A stretch of 64,000 nt of DNA from an uncultured Eubacteriales bacterium (GTDB lineage Bacteria > Actinomycetota > Coriobacteriia > Anaerosomatales > PHET01): positions 8,173-72,172 of the forward strand of contig CAZCRB010000001.1 of NCBI GenBank assembly GCA_964500985.1, in the 5' to 3' direction. The translations under genes and the position numbers were made by a program. Shown in pieces: positions 17,601-27,094 of the stretch (position 1 is the stretch's first letter; every line of letters begins with the position of its first letter). The notes below the pieces were generated by a model, which searched no databases, was not told the origin of the DNA, and saw only the letters and a program-made list of their open reading frames with translations.

Positions 17601-19141
17601 GCGAGACGTCGCCTGCGGCCCCTCAGTCCCAAGACAGGTCTCCCGCGGACTCGACGTTTGCCGAGGACGCGGCCAGCGCCGAGAAGGCGCAGGGGACGGG
17701 CGCGTATCGCCGCCTGCTGCGCGACGGTCGCTTCCGGCGGCTGTGGTCCGCCCAGTTCGTCAGCGGCATCGGAGACTGGCTCGTCATCGGCCTGCTCATG
17801 CCGGCTGTCAGCGCGCTGTCGGGTGGGTCCTCGTTCGCGGTCGCGGGCATCCTGATAGCCAAACTCGTCCCGGCGCTGATCCTGTCGTCGGTGACCGGCG
17901 TGCTCGTCGACCGCTTCGATCGCCGCAAGGTGATGATCACGGCCGACCTGACGCGCGCTGCGCTCGTGTTGCTGCTGATCGGAACGAACCAGCTGTGGGT
18001 CATCTACCTCGTGGTGCTGCTCATGGAGACGGCGTCGCTGTTCTTCTGGCCGGCGCGCAACGCGCTGATACCGTACCTCGTCGAGGAACACGACGTGACA
18101 GCCGCCAACGGGCTGGCCTACACGACCCAGCAGGCGTCCATGCTCGTCGGCCTGACTGCCTCGGCCGGTATCCTCGCGGCGTTCGAGGCCGCGGTCCGGT
18201 GGGCCCTGAACTCGCAGATCATCGGCCTGAGCCAGCTCGTCGGCCTGTTCGCGCCGGCGCTCCTGGGTTCGCGCGCGGGCTACACGCTGGACACCCTCAC
18301 GTTCCTGTTCTCGGCGGCGATGATCGCGAGCATCAAGGTCGTGGCGCGTCCCCCGCAGAGCGGCGAGCGCTTCACGCTCTCGATGCTCGGTGCCGATGTC
18401 TTGGACTCGTTCCGGTTCCTGCGCGACCACCGGGAACTGCGGGGGTTGCTCGTCACGATCGGCCTGGCGATCCTTGGCGGCGGCGCGATCGTGCCCGTCG
18501 GAGTCGTCTACATCCCGACGCTTGTGGGCGGCGTGCCCTTCGCCGAGCGTATCGATCTGCTCAGGCAGCTTGCCGCCGCGCCGACCACCCTCATGCTCGT
18601 GTTCCTCGCGCTGGGGATGGTGTCGGGCGCGCTGGTGGTGCCGCGGCTTGAGCGCAGGCTCAGGCTGCAGTTGCTCTTCGCGGGTAGCGTGATGGCCTTT
18701 GGCCTGTCGATGTTCGCCTTCGCGACGACGTCGCGTTACTGGGTGGCCGCGATATTCGGCACGATCGCCGGCGGCTGCATCGCCACCGTGACCGTCGCCG
18801 GCAACAGCTATGTCGTGCGGACCACCACCGATGACATCCGCGGACGCGTGTTCACGGCGCTCGAGAGCGTGATCAAGGTGGCGCTGCTGACGTCCATGAT
18901 CGTCATCGCCCCGGTCGGCGACTTCATAGCGGCCGCGGTGCGCAAGATCGCGCTCGCCAACGGCGTGCCGGTCAGTGAGCTCGCGATGTTCTCCGGTTCG
19001 CGGCTGACCCTGCAGCTCGCGTCGCTGATCGTCATCGGCGCGTCGGTCTACGCGTTCGTCGTGCTGCGCTGGCGCGAATGCGACGCCGACGAGGCAGACC
19101 CGGATTCGTGCCTGCCGCAGGGGGCGACGCCCGATGCCTGA
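17597..19141 (+). CDS. MFS transporter
   Basis: The GTG start overlaps the alpha-subunit stop (GTGA). About 514 aa with 12 or more hydrophobic segments. Has an MFS-type N-terminus (FRRLWSAQFVSGIGDWL) and a DRFDRRK loop motif. Confidence 0.8.
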   Translation: MSETSPAAPQSQDRSPADSTFAEDAASAEKAQGTGAYRRLLRDGRFRRLWSAQFVSGIGDWLVIGLLMPAVSALSGGSSFAVAGILIAKLVPALILSSVTGVLVDRFDRRKVMITADLTRAALVLLLIGTNQLWVIYLVVLLMETASLFFWPARNALIPYLVEEHDVTAANGLAYTTQQASMLVGLTASAGILAAFEAAVRWALNSQIIGLSQLVGLFAPALLGSRAGYTLDTLTFLFSAAMIASIKVVARPPQSGERFTLSMLGADVLDSFRFLRDHRELRGLLVTIGLAILGGGAIVPVGVVYIPTLVGGVPFAERIDLLRQLAAAPTTLMLVFLALGMVSGALVVPRLERRLRLQLLFAGSVMAFGLSMFAFATTSRYWVAAIFGTIAGGCIATVTVAGNSYVVRTTTDDIRGRVFTALESVIKVALLTSMIVIAPVGDFIAAAVRKIALANGVPVSELAMFSGSRLTLQLASLIVIGASVYAFVVLRWRECDADEADPDSCLPQGATPDA

Positions 19142-19712
19142 GCCGATTCGGATACAGCTGCCTGTGACGCGCGAGGCCCTGGCGTCTTTGCGCGCCGGAG
19201 ATGAGGTCGTGCTCTACGGGCCGGTCTACACGGCGCGCGATGCGGGGCACCTGAGACTGCTCGACGCCGTGCGGACCGACGGTGAGCTGCCGTTCGGGCT
19301 CGCGGGCCAGACGATCTTCTACGCCGGTCCCACGCCGCCGGCCGCGGGGCGACCTGCCGGGGCGGTGGGCCCCACCACCTCGAAGCGCATGGACGCCGCG
19401 ACGCCGGAGCTGTTGCGCGCGGGAATCGTCGCCACCATCGGCAAGGGGGCCCGCGCCGAGGCGGTGCGGCTCGCCTGCCAGGAGACCGGCAGCGTCTACT
19501 TCGCCGCGGTCGGCGGAGCGGCCGCCCTGCTGGCGACCTTCGTGACCGCCGCCGAGCCCGTGGCCTGGCCCGAGCTGGGGACCGAGGCCCTCGTGCGCAT
19601 GACGCTGGAGGGATTCCCGGCGTTCGTCGGCATCGACGCCGCCGGCAACGACCTGTACGCCTCTGCCCCCGAGAGCTGGCGGGCGATGCGTGACGCGGCG
19701 GGGGAGGAGTGA
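19134..19712 (+). CDS. Fe-S hydro-lyase beta subunit (class I fumarate hydratase / tartrate dehydratase family)
   Basis: The ATG overlaps the MFS gene end by 8 nt. LYGPVYTARDAGHLRL, FYAGPTP and IGKGAR motifs belong to the class I fumarase C-terminal domain. Confidence 0.85.
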   Translation: MPEPIRIQLPVTREALASLRAGDEVVLYGPVYTARDAGHLRLLDAVRTDGELPFGLAGQTIFYAGPTPPAAGRPAGAVGPTTSKRMDAATPELLRAGIVATIGKGARAEAVRLACQETGSVYFAAVGGAAALLATFVTAAEPVAWPELGTEALVRMTLEGFPAFVGIDAAGNDLYASAPESWRAMRDAAGEE

Positions 19713-20371
19713 GCGTGAGCGACGTTCGTGCGGATCACGCGGGCCTGTTCATCACCTTCGAAGGCGGCGAGGGAACCGGTAAGTCGACCCAGATCTCGCT
19801 GCTCGCCAACGAGCTGCGCAGCGCCGGGTTCACGGTGCGCGAGCTGCGTGAGCCTGGGGGTACGGCCATCGGCGAGGCGGTGCGCGCGCTCCTGCTCGAC
19901 CCCGCGCACGGCGCGCTCGACGCCCGAGCCGAGCTCCTGCTCTACGAGGCCGCCCGGGCCCAGCTCGTCGCCGAGATCGTCGAGCCGGCACTCCAGGCCG
20001 GCGAGATCGTGGTCTGCGACCGCTTCTTCGACTCCACGACCGCCTACCAGGGCTACGCCCGCGGCATCGCTCTGGACGAGATCGCCGCGCTGAACCATGC
20101 CGCCACCGCCGGCCTCGTCCCCGACCGCACGGTGCTGCTCGACCTGGACGTGCAGGAGGGGCTCTCGCGCGCCACGCGCGGCGGTGCGGACCGGCTTGAG
20201 GCCGAGGACGCCTCGTTTCACCGCGCGGTCCGTGACGGCTACCTTGCGATAGCGGCGGCGGAGCCCGCGCGCTTCCGCGTCGTGGACGCGTCGGGTTCGG
20301 TCGATGCGGTCGCCGCGCGCGTGGCTGCGGCCCTGCGAGACCTGCCGGCGCTGGCGCGCGTGCTAGACTGA
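19709..20371 (+). CDS. tmk: thymidylate kinase
   Basis: FITFEGGEGTGKSTQ P-loop and the DRF...S.AYQG motif. The start overlaps the upstream stop. Confidence 0.9.
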   Translation: MSVSDVRADHAGLFITFEGGEGTGKSTQISLLANELRSAGFTVRELREPGGTAIGEAVRALLLDPAHGALDARAELLLYEAARAQLVAEIVEPALQAGEIVVCDRFFDSTTAYQGYARGIALDEIAALNHAATAGLVPDRTVLLDLDVQEGLSRATRGGADRLEAEDASFHRAVRDGYLAIAAAEPARFRVVDASGSVDAVAARVAAALRDLPALARVLD

Positions 20372-20377
20372 CCCGCT

Positions 20378-21502
20378 ATGACACGCTGCGTATGGGACGA
20401 TCTGGTCGGCCAGTCTCAGGCCACCGCCTTCTTGCGCGCGGCCGCCGAGAGCGGTCGCGTCTCCCACGCGTACCTGTTTGTCGGCCCCCCGGGTGCCGGG
20501 AAGAAGTCAGCGGCAAAGGCGTTCGCCTGCTCGATCGTGTGTGAGGACGGCGGCTGCGGCGTGTGCGGAACGTGCACGCGCATCAAACGAGGCATCCACC
20601 CCGACGTGCACGTCATCGAGCCGGAGGGAGCAGCCGGCTACCTCACTGAGCAGGTGCGCGACATCATCCACGACGTGAGCCTCTCGCCCGTCGAGGCCAA
20701 GCGCAAGATCTACCTCGTCGAGAGCGCCGATCTCTTCAACGAGGGAAGCGCCAACGCGTTTCTCAAGACGCTCGAGGAGCCCCCGGACGACGTGGTGATC
20801 GTGCTCTCGGCACACCGCTACGATGCCGTGATGCCGACCATCTCGTCGCGTTGCCAGGTGGTGCGGTTCCGCCGCATCCCGCCGGCCGATGCCGTCGCCG
20901 TCCTGCGCCAGCAGACGGGCGCCGAGGCGGCCGAGGCCGAGGCCGCGCTCGCCGCAGCAGGGGGAGTGGTGGCGCGTGCGCGCGACTTCCTCGCGTCGCC
21001 GGGCCGCCGGCAGGCGCGCGCCGTGATCCTGCGCACGCTCAAGGACCTCGCGCAGAAGGACGACCTCGACACGCTCGAGTCGGCCAAGGAGCTGCTGACC
21101 GCGGTGCGGGCGCCGCTCGATGAGGTCAAGACCACTCAGGCGGCCGAGATGGCCGAGCGCCAGGAGTACCTGGGCAAGGGCGCGACCAAGGCGCTCGAGG
21201 AGCGACAGAAGCGCGAGCTGACGGCGCGCGAGCGCGACGGCCTGAGCGAAGTGCTCAACGTCGCGGAGAGCTGGCTGAGAGATTGCTTGGTACTGTCGCA
21301 GGGCCTCGACGATCTCGTGGCGAATCGTGACTCGCTCGATGCGATGTCCGAGGTCGCCGCGGTGATCACGCCACAGGCGGCGACGGTGGCCCTCGGCGCG
21401 GTGAACGTGGCCCGCCGCCGTATTTCGTATAATGTGAACCCGCAGCTGACCGTCGAGGTCATGCTGTTCGACATCCGGGAGGTCTTACGATGCCCACGGT
21501 AG
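20378..21502 (+). CDS. holB: DNA polymerase III delta-prime subunit
   Basis: HAYLFVGPPGAGKKSAA, a CxxCxxC zinc module (CGVCGTCTRI) and NAFLKTLEEPP are typical of HolB/DnaX-like clamp loader subunits. Confidence 0.85.
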   Translation: MTRCVWDDLVGQSQATAFLRAAAESGRVSHAYLFVGPPGAGKKSAAKAFACSIVCEDGGCGVCGTCTRIKRGIHPDVHVIEPEGAAGYLTEQVRDIIHDVSLSPVEAKRKIYLVESADLFNEGSANAFLKTLEEPPDDVVIVLSAHRYDAVMPTISSRCQVVRFRRIPPADAVAVLRQQTGAEAAEAEAALAAAGGVVARARDFLASPGRRQARAVILRTLKDLAQKDDLDTLESAKELLTAVRAPLDEVKTTQAAEMAERQEYLGKGATKALEERQKRELTARERDGLSEVLNVAESWLRDCLVLSQGLDDLVANRDSLDAMSEVAAVITPQAATVALGAVNVARRRISYNVNPQLTVEVMLFDIREVLRCPR

Positions 21503-22701
21503 TGGGAGTGAGGCTCCGGTTCTCGAAGACTCTCTGGTTCGATCCGGCGGGCACCACGCCCGTTGAGGGAGATACAGTAATCGTCGAGACCGAGCGCGGT
21601 ACCGAGCTCGGCACCATCGTCCACGCGCCTTACGAGGTGTCCGCCGACGATCTGCCCGCTCCACTCAAGCCCGTCATGCGTATAGCAGACGAGGAGGACT
21701 TGGCCTACGCCGAAGAGCTCGCGGAGCTCGAGCGCAAGGCCATGCCCGTGTTTCGCCAACTGGTCGTCGAGCAGAAGCTCGACATGAAGCCGGTCGACGT
21801 CGAGTACCTCTTCAGCGGGGACAAGGTCGTCTTCTACTTCTCGTCGGACGAGCGGATCGACTTTCGCGAGCTGGTCAAGGAGCTCGCCTCGCGCTTCCGC
21901 GCCCGCATCGATATGCGCCAGGTCGGCGTGCGCGATGAGGCGCGGATGGTGGGGGGTGTCGGCCACTGCGGGCAGGTGTTGTGCTGCGCGCGTATGGGCG
22001 GCGAGTTCCAGCCCGTCTCGATCCGGATGGCAAAAGAGCAGGACCTGCCACTTAACCCCTTGAAGATAAGCGGGCTTTGCGGCAGACTCATGTGCTGTCT
22101 GCGCTACGAGTTCGATGCCTACAAGGACTTCAAGTCCCGGGCACCGAAGAAGGGCGCGATGATCGAGACACCCACGGGTGAGGCGAAAGTCACGGAACTC
22201 AACACCCCCCGCGAGACCGTCACGTTGCGGTTGGCGGACGGCGAGAGGACCACGGTGCCGCTCTCGGGGATGACGTGCGCGAAGGGCGGAAGTTGCCCGT
22301 GCTGCGTCAGCGCCGAGACTCTCGAGCAGGCTGCAGGAGCCAAGGCCCCGATCGTCGCCCCGATCGCGGCCGCGACGCCGGCGCTCAAGGAGAGCGAGCC
22401 TCTCGTGGCGCCGGAGCCTCCCAAGGAGGGCGGCGGTCGCAGGCGTCGCCGTCGCAAGAGCGGCGGTTCGGCCGAGTCGGCCGGGCAGGCGGCGCCGAAG
22501 GCCACCGAGCCCAAGCGCTCGCCTCGGCAGTCGCCGAAGCAGGCGCCCAAGCAGGCACCCGCGCAGGGGGGCGCTGATGCGCCCAAGCAGGCGGCCTCGC
22601 AGCCGTCGGCGGAGGGCGACGCCAAGCCGCGCAGCGGCAGGCGGCGCAGGCGCCGTCGGTCGGGTGGCGGCGGCGGGACAGGCGCGCCGAGCGCTGAGTA
22701 G
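21490..22701 (+). CDS. PSP1 domain protein (YaaT/RicT-like) with a long basic low-complexity tail
   Basis: The N-terminal 270 aa match the PSP1/YaaT pattern (VVGVRLRF..., GRLMCCLRYE). The position after holB is the conserved Gram-positive context. The C-terminal 110 aa are P/A/K/R-rich, with RRRRRRK and RRRRRRR runs. Confidence 0.8.
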   Translation: MPTVVGVRLRFSKTLWFDPAGTTPVEGDTVIVETERGTELGTIVHAPYEVSADDLPAPLKPVMRIADEEDLAYAEELAELERKAMPVFRQLVVEQKLDMKPVDVEYLFSGDKVVFYFSSDERIDFRELVKELASRFRARIDMRQVGVRDEARMVGGVGHCGQVLCCARMGGEFQPVSIRMAKEQDLPLNPLKISGLCGRLMCCLRYEFDAYKDFKSRAPKKGAMIETPTGEAKVTELNTPRETVTLRLADGERTTVPLSGMTCAKGGSCPCCVSAETLEQAAGAKAPIVAPIAAATPALKESEPLVAPEPPKEGGGRRRRRRKSGGSAESAGQAAPKATEPKRSPRQSPKQAPKQAPAQGGADAPKQAASQPSAEGDAKPRSGRRRRRRRSGGGGGTGAPSAE

Positions 22702-22725
22702 GTAGGCGTGACAACCGGATAACGT

Positions 22726-22801
22726 GCCGACGTAGCTCAGCTGGTAGAGCAGCGCACTCGTAATGCGCAGGCCAGGGGTTCGAGTCCCCTCGTCGGCTCC
22801 A
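22726..22801 (+). tRNA. tRNA-Thr (anticodon CGU), with encoded CCA
   Basis: Cloverleaf read by eye: acceptor GCCGACG/CGTCGGC, D arm GCTCAGCTGGTAGAGC, anticodon stem GCGCA/TGCGC with loop CTCGTAA, T arm AGGGGTTCGAGTCCCCT, then TCCA. Confidence 0.9.
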
Positions 22802-22812
22802 CGGAACAGACA

Positions 22813-22843
22813 GAGGACGGTGCCCGGTGCACCGTCCTCTTTT
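22813..22843 (+). terminator. rho-independent terminator
   Basis: GAGGACGGTGC-ccggt-GCACCGTCCTC: perfect 11-bp stem followed by TTTT, immediately after the tRNA. Confidence 0.75.
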
Positions 22844-23119
22844 GCGTCCGCCACCGCGCGCACGAGCGTGCGGGCAGGAACCGCAGGTGAATGGCGCGAA
22901 CCTTGTAGCAAAGGGAGTCCGTGTCGCCGTACGCCCAAGATACCCATGCGGGTATCGGGAACCATTCACCGCCGCAGAATGGCCGTTCACCGAAAGAACC
23001 CGCCGCTCGACTGGTGAGAGGGCGTTCGGCGTGCGGTACTGTCCCACAACCACGGCACCCGCGTCGTTCGAGGGCGCCGAAACAGCGGTTCCTTTGCGAG
23101 ACCGGATGGGGGTGAGAGC

Positions 23120-23488
23120 GTGCAGTACGAGTTTCAGGAGATGGTGATAGCCGGCTTCGTGATCGTGGGCTCGCTCTTCACCGCGGTCGCGCTGACGTCT
23201 TCTTGGCTGCTCTCGCCCAAGAAGCCCTCGCCCGAGAAGGGCGAGACCTACGAGTGCGGCGTCGAGCCGATCGGGGGCCCCTGGGTCCGGTTCCGCTCGG
23301 GCTACTACGTCTACGCGCTTCTCTACGTGATCTTCGACATCGAGACGGTCTTCCTCTACCCGTGGGCGGTCACCTTCGGCCGGCCGGGCGTGAGCTGGTT
23401 CGTCTTCTTCGAGATGGTCGTCTTCGTGACGATCCTCATGGGTGGACTCATCTATGCCTGGAAGGAGGGCGCGCTCAGATGGCGATAG
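23120..23488 (+). CDS. nuoA: NADH-quinone oxidoreductase subunit A
   Basis: 122 aa, 3 TM segments, ETYECGVEP motif. Confidence 0.9.
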   Translation: MQYEFQEMVIAGFVIVGSLFTAVALTSSWLLSPKKPSPEKGETYECGVEPIGGPWVRFRSGYYVYALLYVIFDIETVFLYPWAVTFGRPGVSWFVFFEMVVFVTILMGGLIYAWKEGALRWR

Positions 23489-23985
23489 ACAAGCTCACGG
23501 GCGAGCACTCCATCGTGTTCATCAAGAGCGAGCAGCTCTTCGATTGGGCGCGCCGCCGCTCGCTGTGGTACATGGCGTTCGGGATCGCCTGCTGCGCGAT
23601 CGAGGGGCTCATGCACGCCTCCGGCCCCCGCTTCGACTTCGACCGGATGGGCGTGTTCTTCCGAGCGAGCCCGCGGCAGGCCGACGTGATGATCGTCGCC
23701 GGCACGGTCAACCGCAAGATGGCGCCGGTGGTCCGTCGCCTCTACGACCAGATGCCCGAGCCCAAATGGGTGGTGGCGATGGGTGCGTGTGCTTCCACCG
23801 GCGGCCCGTTCCGCGAGTACCCCAACGTGGTTCTCGGCGTGGACAAAGTGGTGCCGGTCGACGTCTACATCCCGGGGTGCCCCCCGCGGCCCGAATCGGT
23901 CCAGTACGCGTTCATGGTTCTCATGGACAAGATCAAGAACCAGACGGAGGAGCGGCTTGCAGCCCGACGCGACGCTCATATCTAG
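23479..23985 (+). CDS. nuoB: NADH-quinone oxidoreductase subunit B
   Basis: Trimmed to the ATG at 23479. N2 cluster cysteines are present ([28 protein letters not shown]). Confidence 0.9.
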   Translation: MAIDKLTGEHSIVFIKSEQLFDWARRRSLWYMAFGIACCAIEGLMHASGPRFDFDRMGVFFRASPRQADVMIVAGTVNRKMAPVVRRLYDQMPEPKWVVAMGACASTGGPFREYPNVVLGVDKVVPVDVYIPGCPPRPESVQYAFMVLMDKIKNQTEERLAARRDAHI

Positions 23986-24421
23986 AGTGCTTGAGCGCGC
24001 AGGATTGCGCGACGCGCTGGTCGAGGACGTGCCCGCCCTCGGCGTCGTCGTGCGCGTCGAGCCCATCGACACCCGCGCGGCGCTGTGCGCGTTGAAGGAC
24101 TCCGATCACGCGTTCACCGTGCTCGTCGACCTGTTCGGCGTCGACTCGGGCGAGGGCGTCGACGTGGTCTACCACCTGCGGTCGATCTCGCGTGACGAGG
24201 ACGTCATCGTCAAGGTCGCCCACCCGTACGGGGCCACGCTTGGCAGCGTCTGGACCGTCTTCCTGGCGGCCTCCTTCCCCGAGCGCGAGTGTGCCGAGAT
24301 GTTCGGCCTGACGCTCGAAGGCAACCCGAACCCCAAGCACCTGCTGCTCACCGACGGTGTCGCTCCGCTGTTGCTCAAGTGCGTCGACATCCGACCGGCC
24401 GAGGAGGTGCGCAACCGATGA
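23957..24421 (+). CDS. nuoC: NADH-quinone oxidoreductase subunit C
   Basis: NuoC 30-kDa motifs ([16 protein letters not shown]). The start is uncertain: TTG at 23957 after GGAGG, or GTG at 23987. Confidence 0.8.
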   Translation: MQPDATLISRVLERAGLRDALVEDVPALGVVVRVEPIDTRAALCALKDSDHAFTVLVDLFGVDSGEGVDVVYHLRSISRDEDVIVKVAHPYGATLGSVWTVFLAASFPERECAEMFGLTLEGNPNPKHLLLTDGVAPLLLKCVDIRPAEEVRNR

Positions 24422-25623
24422 ACGACGCAGGATTCGTTGCGCACGCAGGCTGGCTGACACCCAACCCGCCCGACATCGCGCTGACCGCACCGCTGTCGCT
24501 GAAGCGCGCGCCCTCCGGCGTCGATCACGTCTCGACCGAGCACCTCATCGTCAACATGGGTCCCCAGCACCCGTCGACACACGGTGTCTTGCGGGTCCTG
24601 CTCGAGCTCGACGGCGAGGAGGTCATCGCCGGCGAGGCGGTCGTGGGCTACCTGCACCGCGGCATCGAGAAGCTCGCCGAGTCCCGGCGCTACTCCGCGG
24701 TCGGCACGCTGATGGACCGCGGTGACTACGTCTCCGGGATCCACAACGAGCTCGCATTCGCACTCGCCGCCGAGAAGATCGCCCAGATCGAGGTTCCGCG
24801 CCGCGGCAACTGGCTGCGCGTGCTCATGGGAGAGCTCAACCGCCTGGCAAGCCATCTGGTCTGGTACGGCACGATGGGCTTGGACACCGGGGCGATGGGC
24901 CAGTTCCTCTACGCGGTCCGCGACCGAGAGAATCTGCTCGACATCCTCGAGGACGTCACGGGCCAGCGCATGATGTTCAACTACGTCCGCCCCGGCGGCG
25001 TCCTGCGCGACATCACCCCCACCGCGGAGAAGAAGATCCGCGCGTTCCTCGAGACCTTCGACGGGTACCTCCAGGAGCACGAGGACCTGCTCGGTGGCAA
25101 CGAGATCTTCCAGGCGCGCACGCGCGGGCTCGGCGTGCTCGACCGTGAGACCGCCCTCGGCTTCTCGCTGACGGGCGCGAACCTCCGGGCGAGCGGCGTG
25201 AGCTTCGACATCCGCCGCGACCGCCCGTACGCCGCCTACGACGAGATGGACTTCGAGATCCCCGTCTCGGACGCGGGCGACGTCTTCGCGCGCTACCAGG
25301 TCCGCATGGAGGAGATGCGCCAGGCGGCCCGCATCTGCCGTCAGTGCATCGACGGCCTGCCCGAGGGCGACTTCACCGCCAAGGTGCCCAAGGTGCTGCG
25401 CCCGCCCGCGGGGGAGGCCTACGCGGCCGTCGAGTCGCCCCGCGGTGAGCTCGGCGTCCATCTCATCAGTGACGGCTCCGACAAGCCCTACCGCATGCGC
25501 TACCGTCCGCCGGCGTTCTACGCGCTGCAGGCGGGCGAGGCGATCTTGCCGGGCGTGCTGCTCGCCGACGCCGTCGTGATCCTCGGCAGCTTCGACGTGG
25601 TGCTGGGGGAGATCGACCGATGA
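24418..25623 (+). CDS. nuoD: NADH-quinone oxidoreductase subunit D
   Basis: The ATG overlaps the nuoC stop (ATGA). NMGPQHPSTHGVLR and ESPRGELG motifs. Confidence 0.95.
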   Translation: MNDAGFVAHAGWLTPNPPDIALTAPLSLKRAPSGVDHVSTEHLIVNMGPQHPSTHGVLRVLLELDGEEVIAGEAVVGYLHRGIEKLAESRRYSAVGTLMDRGDYVSGIHNELAFALAAEKIAQIEVPRRGNWLRVLMGELNRLASHLVWYGTMGLDTGAMGQFLYAVRDRENLLDILEDVTGQRMMFNYVRPGGVLRDITPTAEKKIRAFLETFDGYLQEHEDLLGGNEIFQARTRGLGVLDRETALGFSLTGANLRASGVSFDIRRDRPYAAYDEMDFEIPVSDAGDVFARYQVRMEEMRQAARICRQCIDGLPEGDFTAKVPKVLRPPAGEAYAAVESPRGELGVHLISDGSDKPYRMRYRPPAFYALQAGEAILPGVLLADAVVILGSFDVVLGEIDR

Positions 25624-26606
25624 ACCTCTGGCTCAACGTCGTGTTGCGGGTGCTGGCGGCCGTCGGGCTCATGCTCGTCAACGGCGTCGTGCTCATCTAC
25701 ATGCTCCGCAAGGTGCTCGGGCACCTGCACATACGGCTCGGCCCGATGGAGCTCGGCCCGCGCGGCATGTTCCAGACGCTCGCCGACGTCCTCAAGCTGC
25801 TGACCAAAGAGGACCCGACGCCCTCGAACGTCGATCGCGCCCTGTACTTCCTTGCGCCGGCCATGGTCTTCGTGCCGTCGCTGATGGCCTACGCCGCGCT
25901 GCCGTTCTCGGACACCTGGGTGATCGCCGACCTCAACGCCGGCGTGCTGTACACGTTCGCCGTCGTCTCGCTGGTGCCGCTCGGCATCGTGGCGGCGGGC
26001 TGGAGCAGCGCGAACAAGTGGTCGCTGCTCGGCGGCATGCGTGCCGTGGCGCAGCAGGTCACCTACGAGGTCCCGATGCTTTTGGCCGCACTCCCGCCGG
26101 TCATGATCGCCGGCTCGCTCAACCTCGTCGACATCGTCAAGGCGCAGAGCGCCATCTGGTTCTTCATCCCGTGCATCCCGGCGTTCCTCCTGTTCCTGAT
26201 CGCGGGGCTGGTCGAGTCGAACCAGACCCCGTTCGACATGTCGGAAGCCGAGTCCGAGCTCGTCGCGGGATTTGCGACCGAGTACGCGTCGATGAAGTTC
26301 GGCCTGTTGTTCCTCTCGGAGTTCAGCAACACCTTCGTGTTCTCCGCGATGATGGTGACGCTGTTCTTTGGCGGCTGGATGATCCCGTTCGTTCCGGCCG
26401 ACGTGCTCGGCGGTGGCTGGGGCGCCATCGTCTTCCTCATCAAGACCTATCTCGTGATCTTCTGCCTCATGTGGATCCGCGGCACGCTGCCGCGCGTGCG
26501 CATCGACCAGCTGCTCTCGTTCGGGTGGAAGTTCCTGCTGCCCGCATCGCTCGCCTGGGTCATGATCACCGGCGCGGCGGTCAAGCTCCTCGGGGGTGGC
26601 CTGTGA
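25620..26606 (+). CDS. nuoH: NADH-quinone oxidoreductase subunit H
   Basis: The start overlaps the nuoD stop by 4 nt. Polytopic protein with the ESELVAGFATEY motif. Confidence 0.95.
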   Translation: MNLWLNVVLRVLAAVGLMLVNGVVLIYMLRKVLGHLHIRLGPMELGPRGMFQTLADVLKLLTKEDPTPSNVDRALYFLAPAMVFVPSLMAYAALPFSDTWVIADLNAGVLYTFAVVSLVPLGIVAAGWSSANKWSLLGGMRAVAQQVTYEVPMLLAALPPVMIAGSLNLVDIVKAQSAIWFFIPCIPAFLLFLIAGLVESNQTPFDMSEAESELVAGFATEYASMKFGLLFLSEFSNTFVFSAMMVTLFFGGWMIPFVPADVLGGGWGAIVFLIKTYLVIFCLMWIRGTLPRVRIDQLLSFGWKFLLPASLAWVMITGAAVKLLGGGL

Positions 26607-27094
26607 GCTTCTGGGGCCGAGGGATCCTCAAGGGTCTCGCCATCACCATGAAGAACATGATGCGCGGCCCGATCACCGTGCAGTATCCGCACGAGCGGGT
26701 CGAGCTGCCCGAACGCGCGCGCTGGGCCGTCAAGATCAAGGAGCACGAGGACGGGCAGCACACCTGCACGGCCTGCCTCGCGTGCGAGAAGGCCTGCCCC
26801 GACTTCGTCATCAAGATCGACGTCACCACCGCGGAGGACCGCAGCAAGAACATCGACCGGTGGACCTACGAGATCGGCGCGTGCATGATGTGCGGCCTGT
26901 GTGTCGAGGCCTGCGGGTTTGACGCGATCGAGATGGGCCACGACTACGAGCTCGCGCGCACCGATGCCGCTCAGCTCAGTGTGGAGCTGCTCACCGATAG
27001 CCCCGCCGCGCGACCCAAGCGCAAGGAGCCCGCCGAGCGGCCCGCTCGACCGGCCGCCACACCCGCCGACGCAAAGGAGGTCGACGGTGACTGA
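26603..27094 (+). CDS. nuoI: NADH-quinone oxidoreductase subunit I
   Basis: The GTG overlaps the nuoH stop. Two 4Fe-4S motifs (CTACLACEKACP and CMMCGLCVEACG). Confidence 0.9.
   Translation: MSFWGRGILKGLAITMKNMMRGPITVQYPHERVELPERARWAVKIKEHEDGQHTCTACLACEKACPDFVIKIDVTTAEDRSKNIDRWTYEIGACMMCGLCVEACGFDAIEMGHDYELARTDAAQLSVELLTDSPAARPKRKEPAERPARPAATPADAKEVDGD

Noticed and set aside
22702-23119. A possible integration hotspot or mobile element next to tRNA-Thr, including the small ORFs at 22763..23017, 22827..23147 and 22921..23115.
   Set aside because: There is no integrase, no repeat of the tRNA 3' end, and no composition shift. The small ORFs overlap in different frames and lack RBS sequences or motifs. 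The region is better read as the nuo leader.
23203-23478. 5' extensions of ORF-track frames that overlap the preceding gene. Examples: nuoB from 23203, nuoD from 24289, nuoI from 26018, nuoM from 29405, hom from 38254, 2PGK from 43424, glyA from 52660, and the dCMP deaminase from 54381.
   Set aside because: The conserved protein N-termini begin at internal ATG/GTG codons with Shine-Dalgarno sequences or stop-start overlaps. The upstream parts are out-of-frame read-through of neighbouring genes.
25466-25730. Hidden nuoE/F/G remnants in alternative frames around the nuoD-nuoH junction.
   Set aside because: nuoD and nuoH overlap by 4 nt. The small ORFs here are antisense Arg/Pro-rich artefacts with no Fe-S or FMN/NADH motifs.
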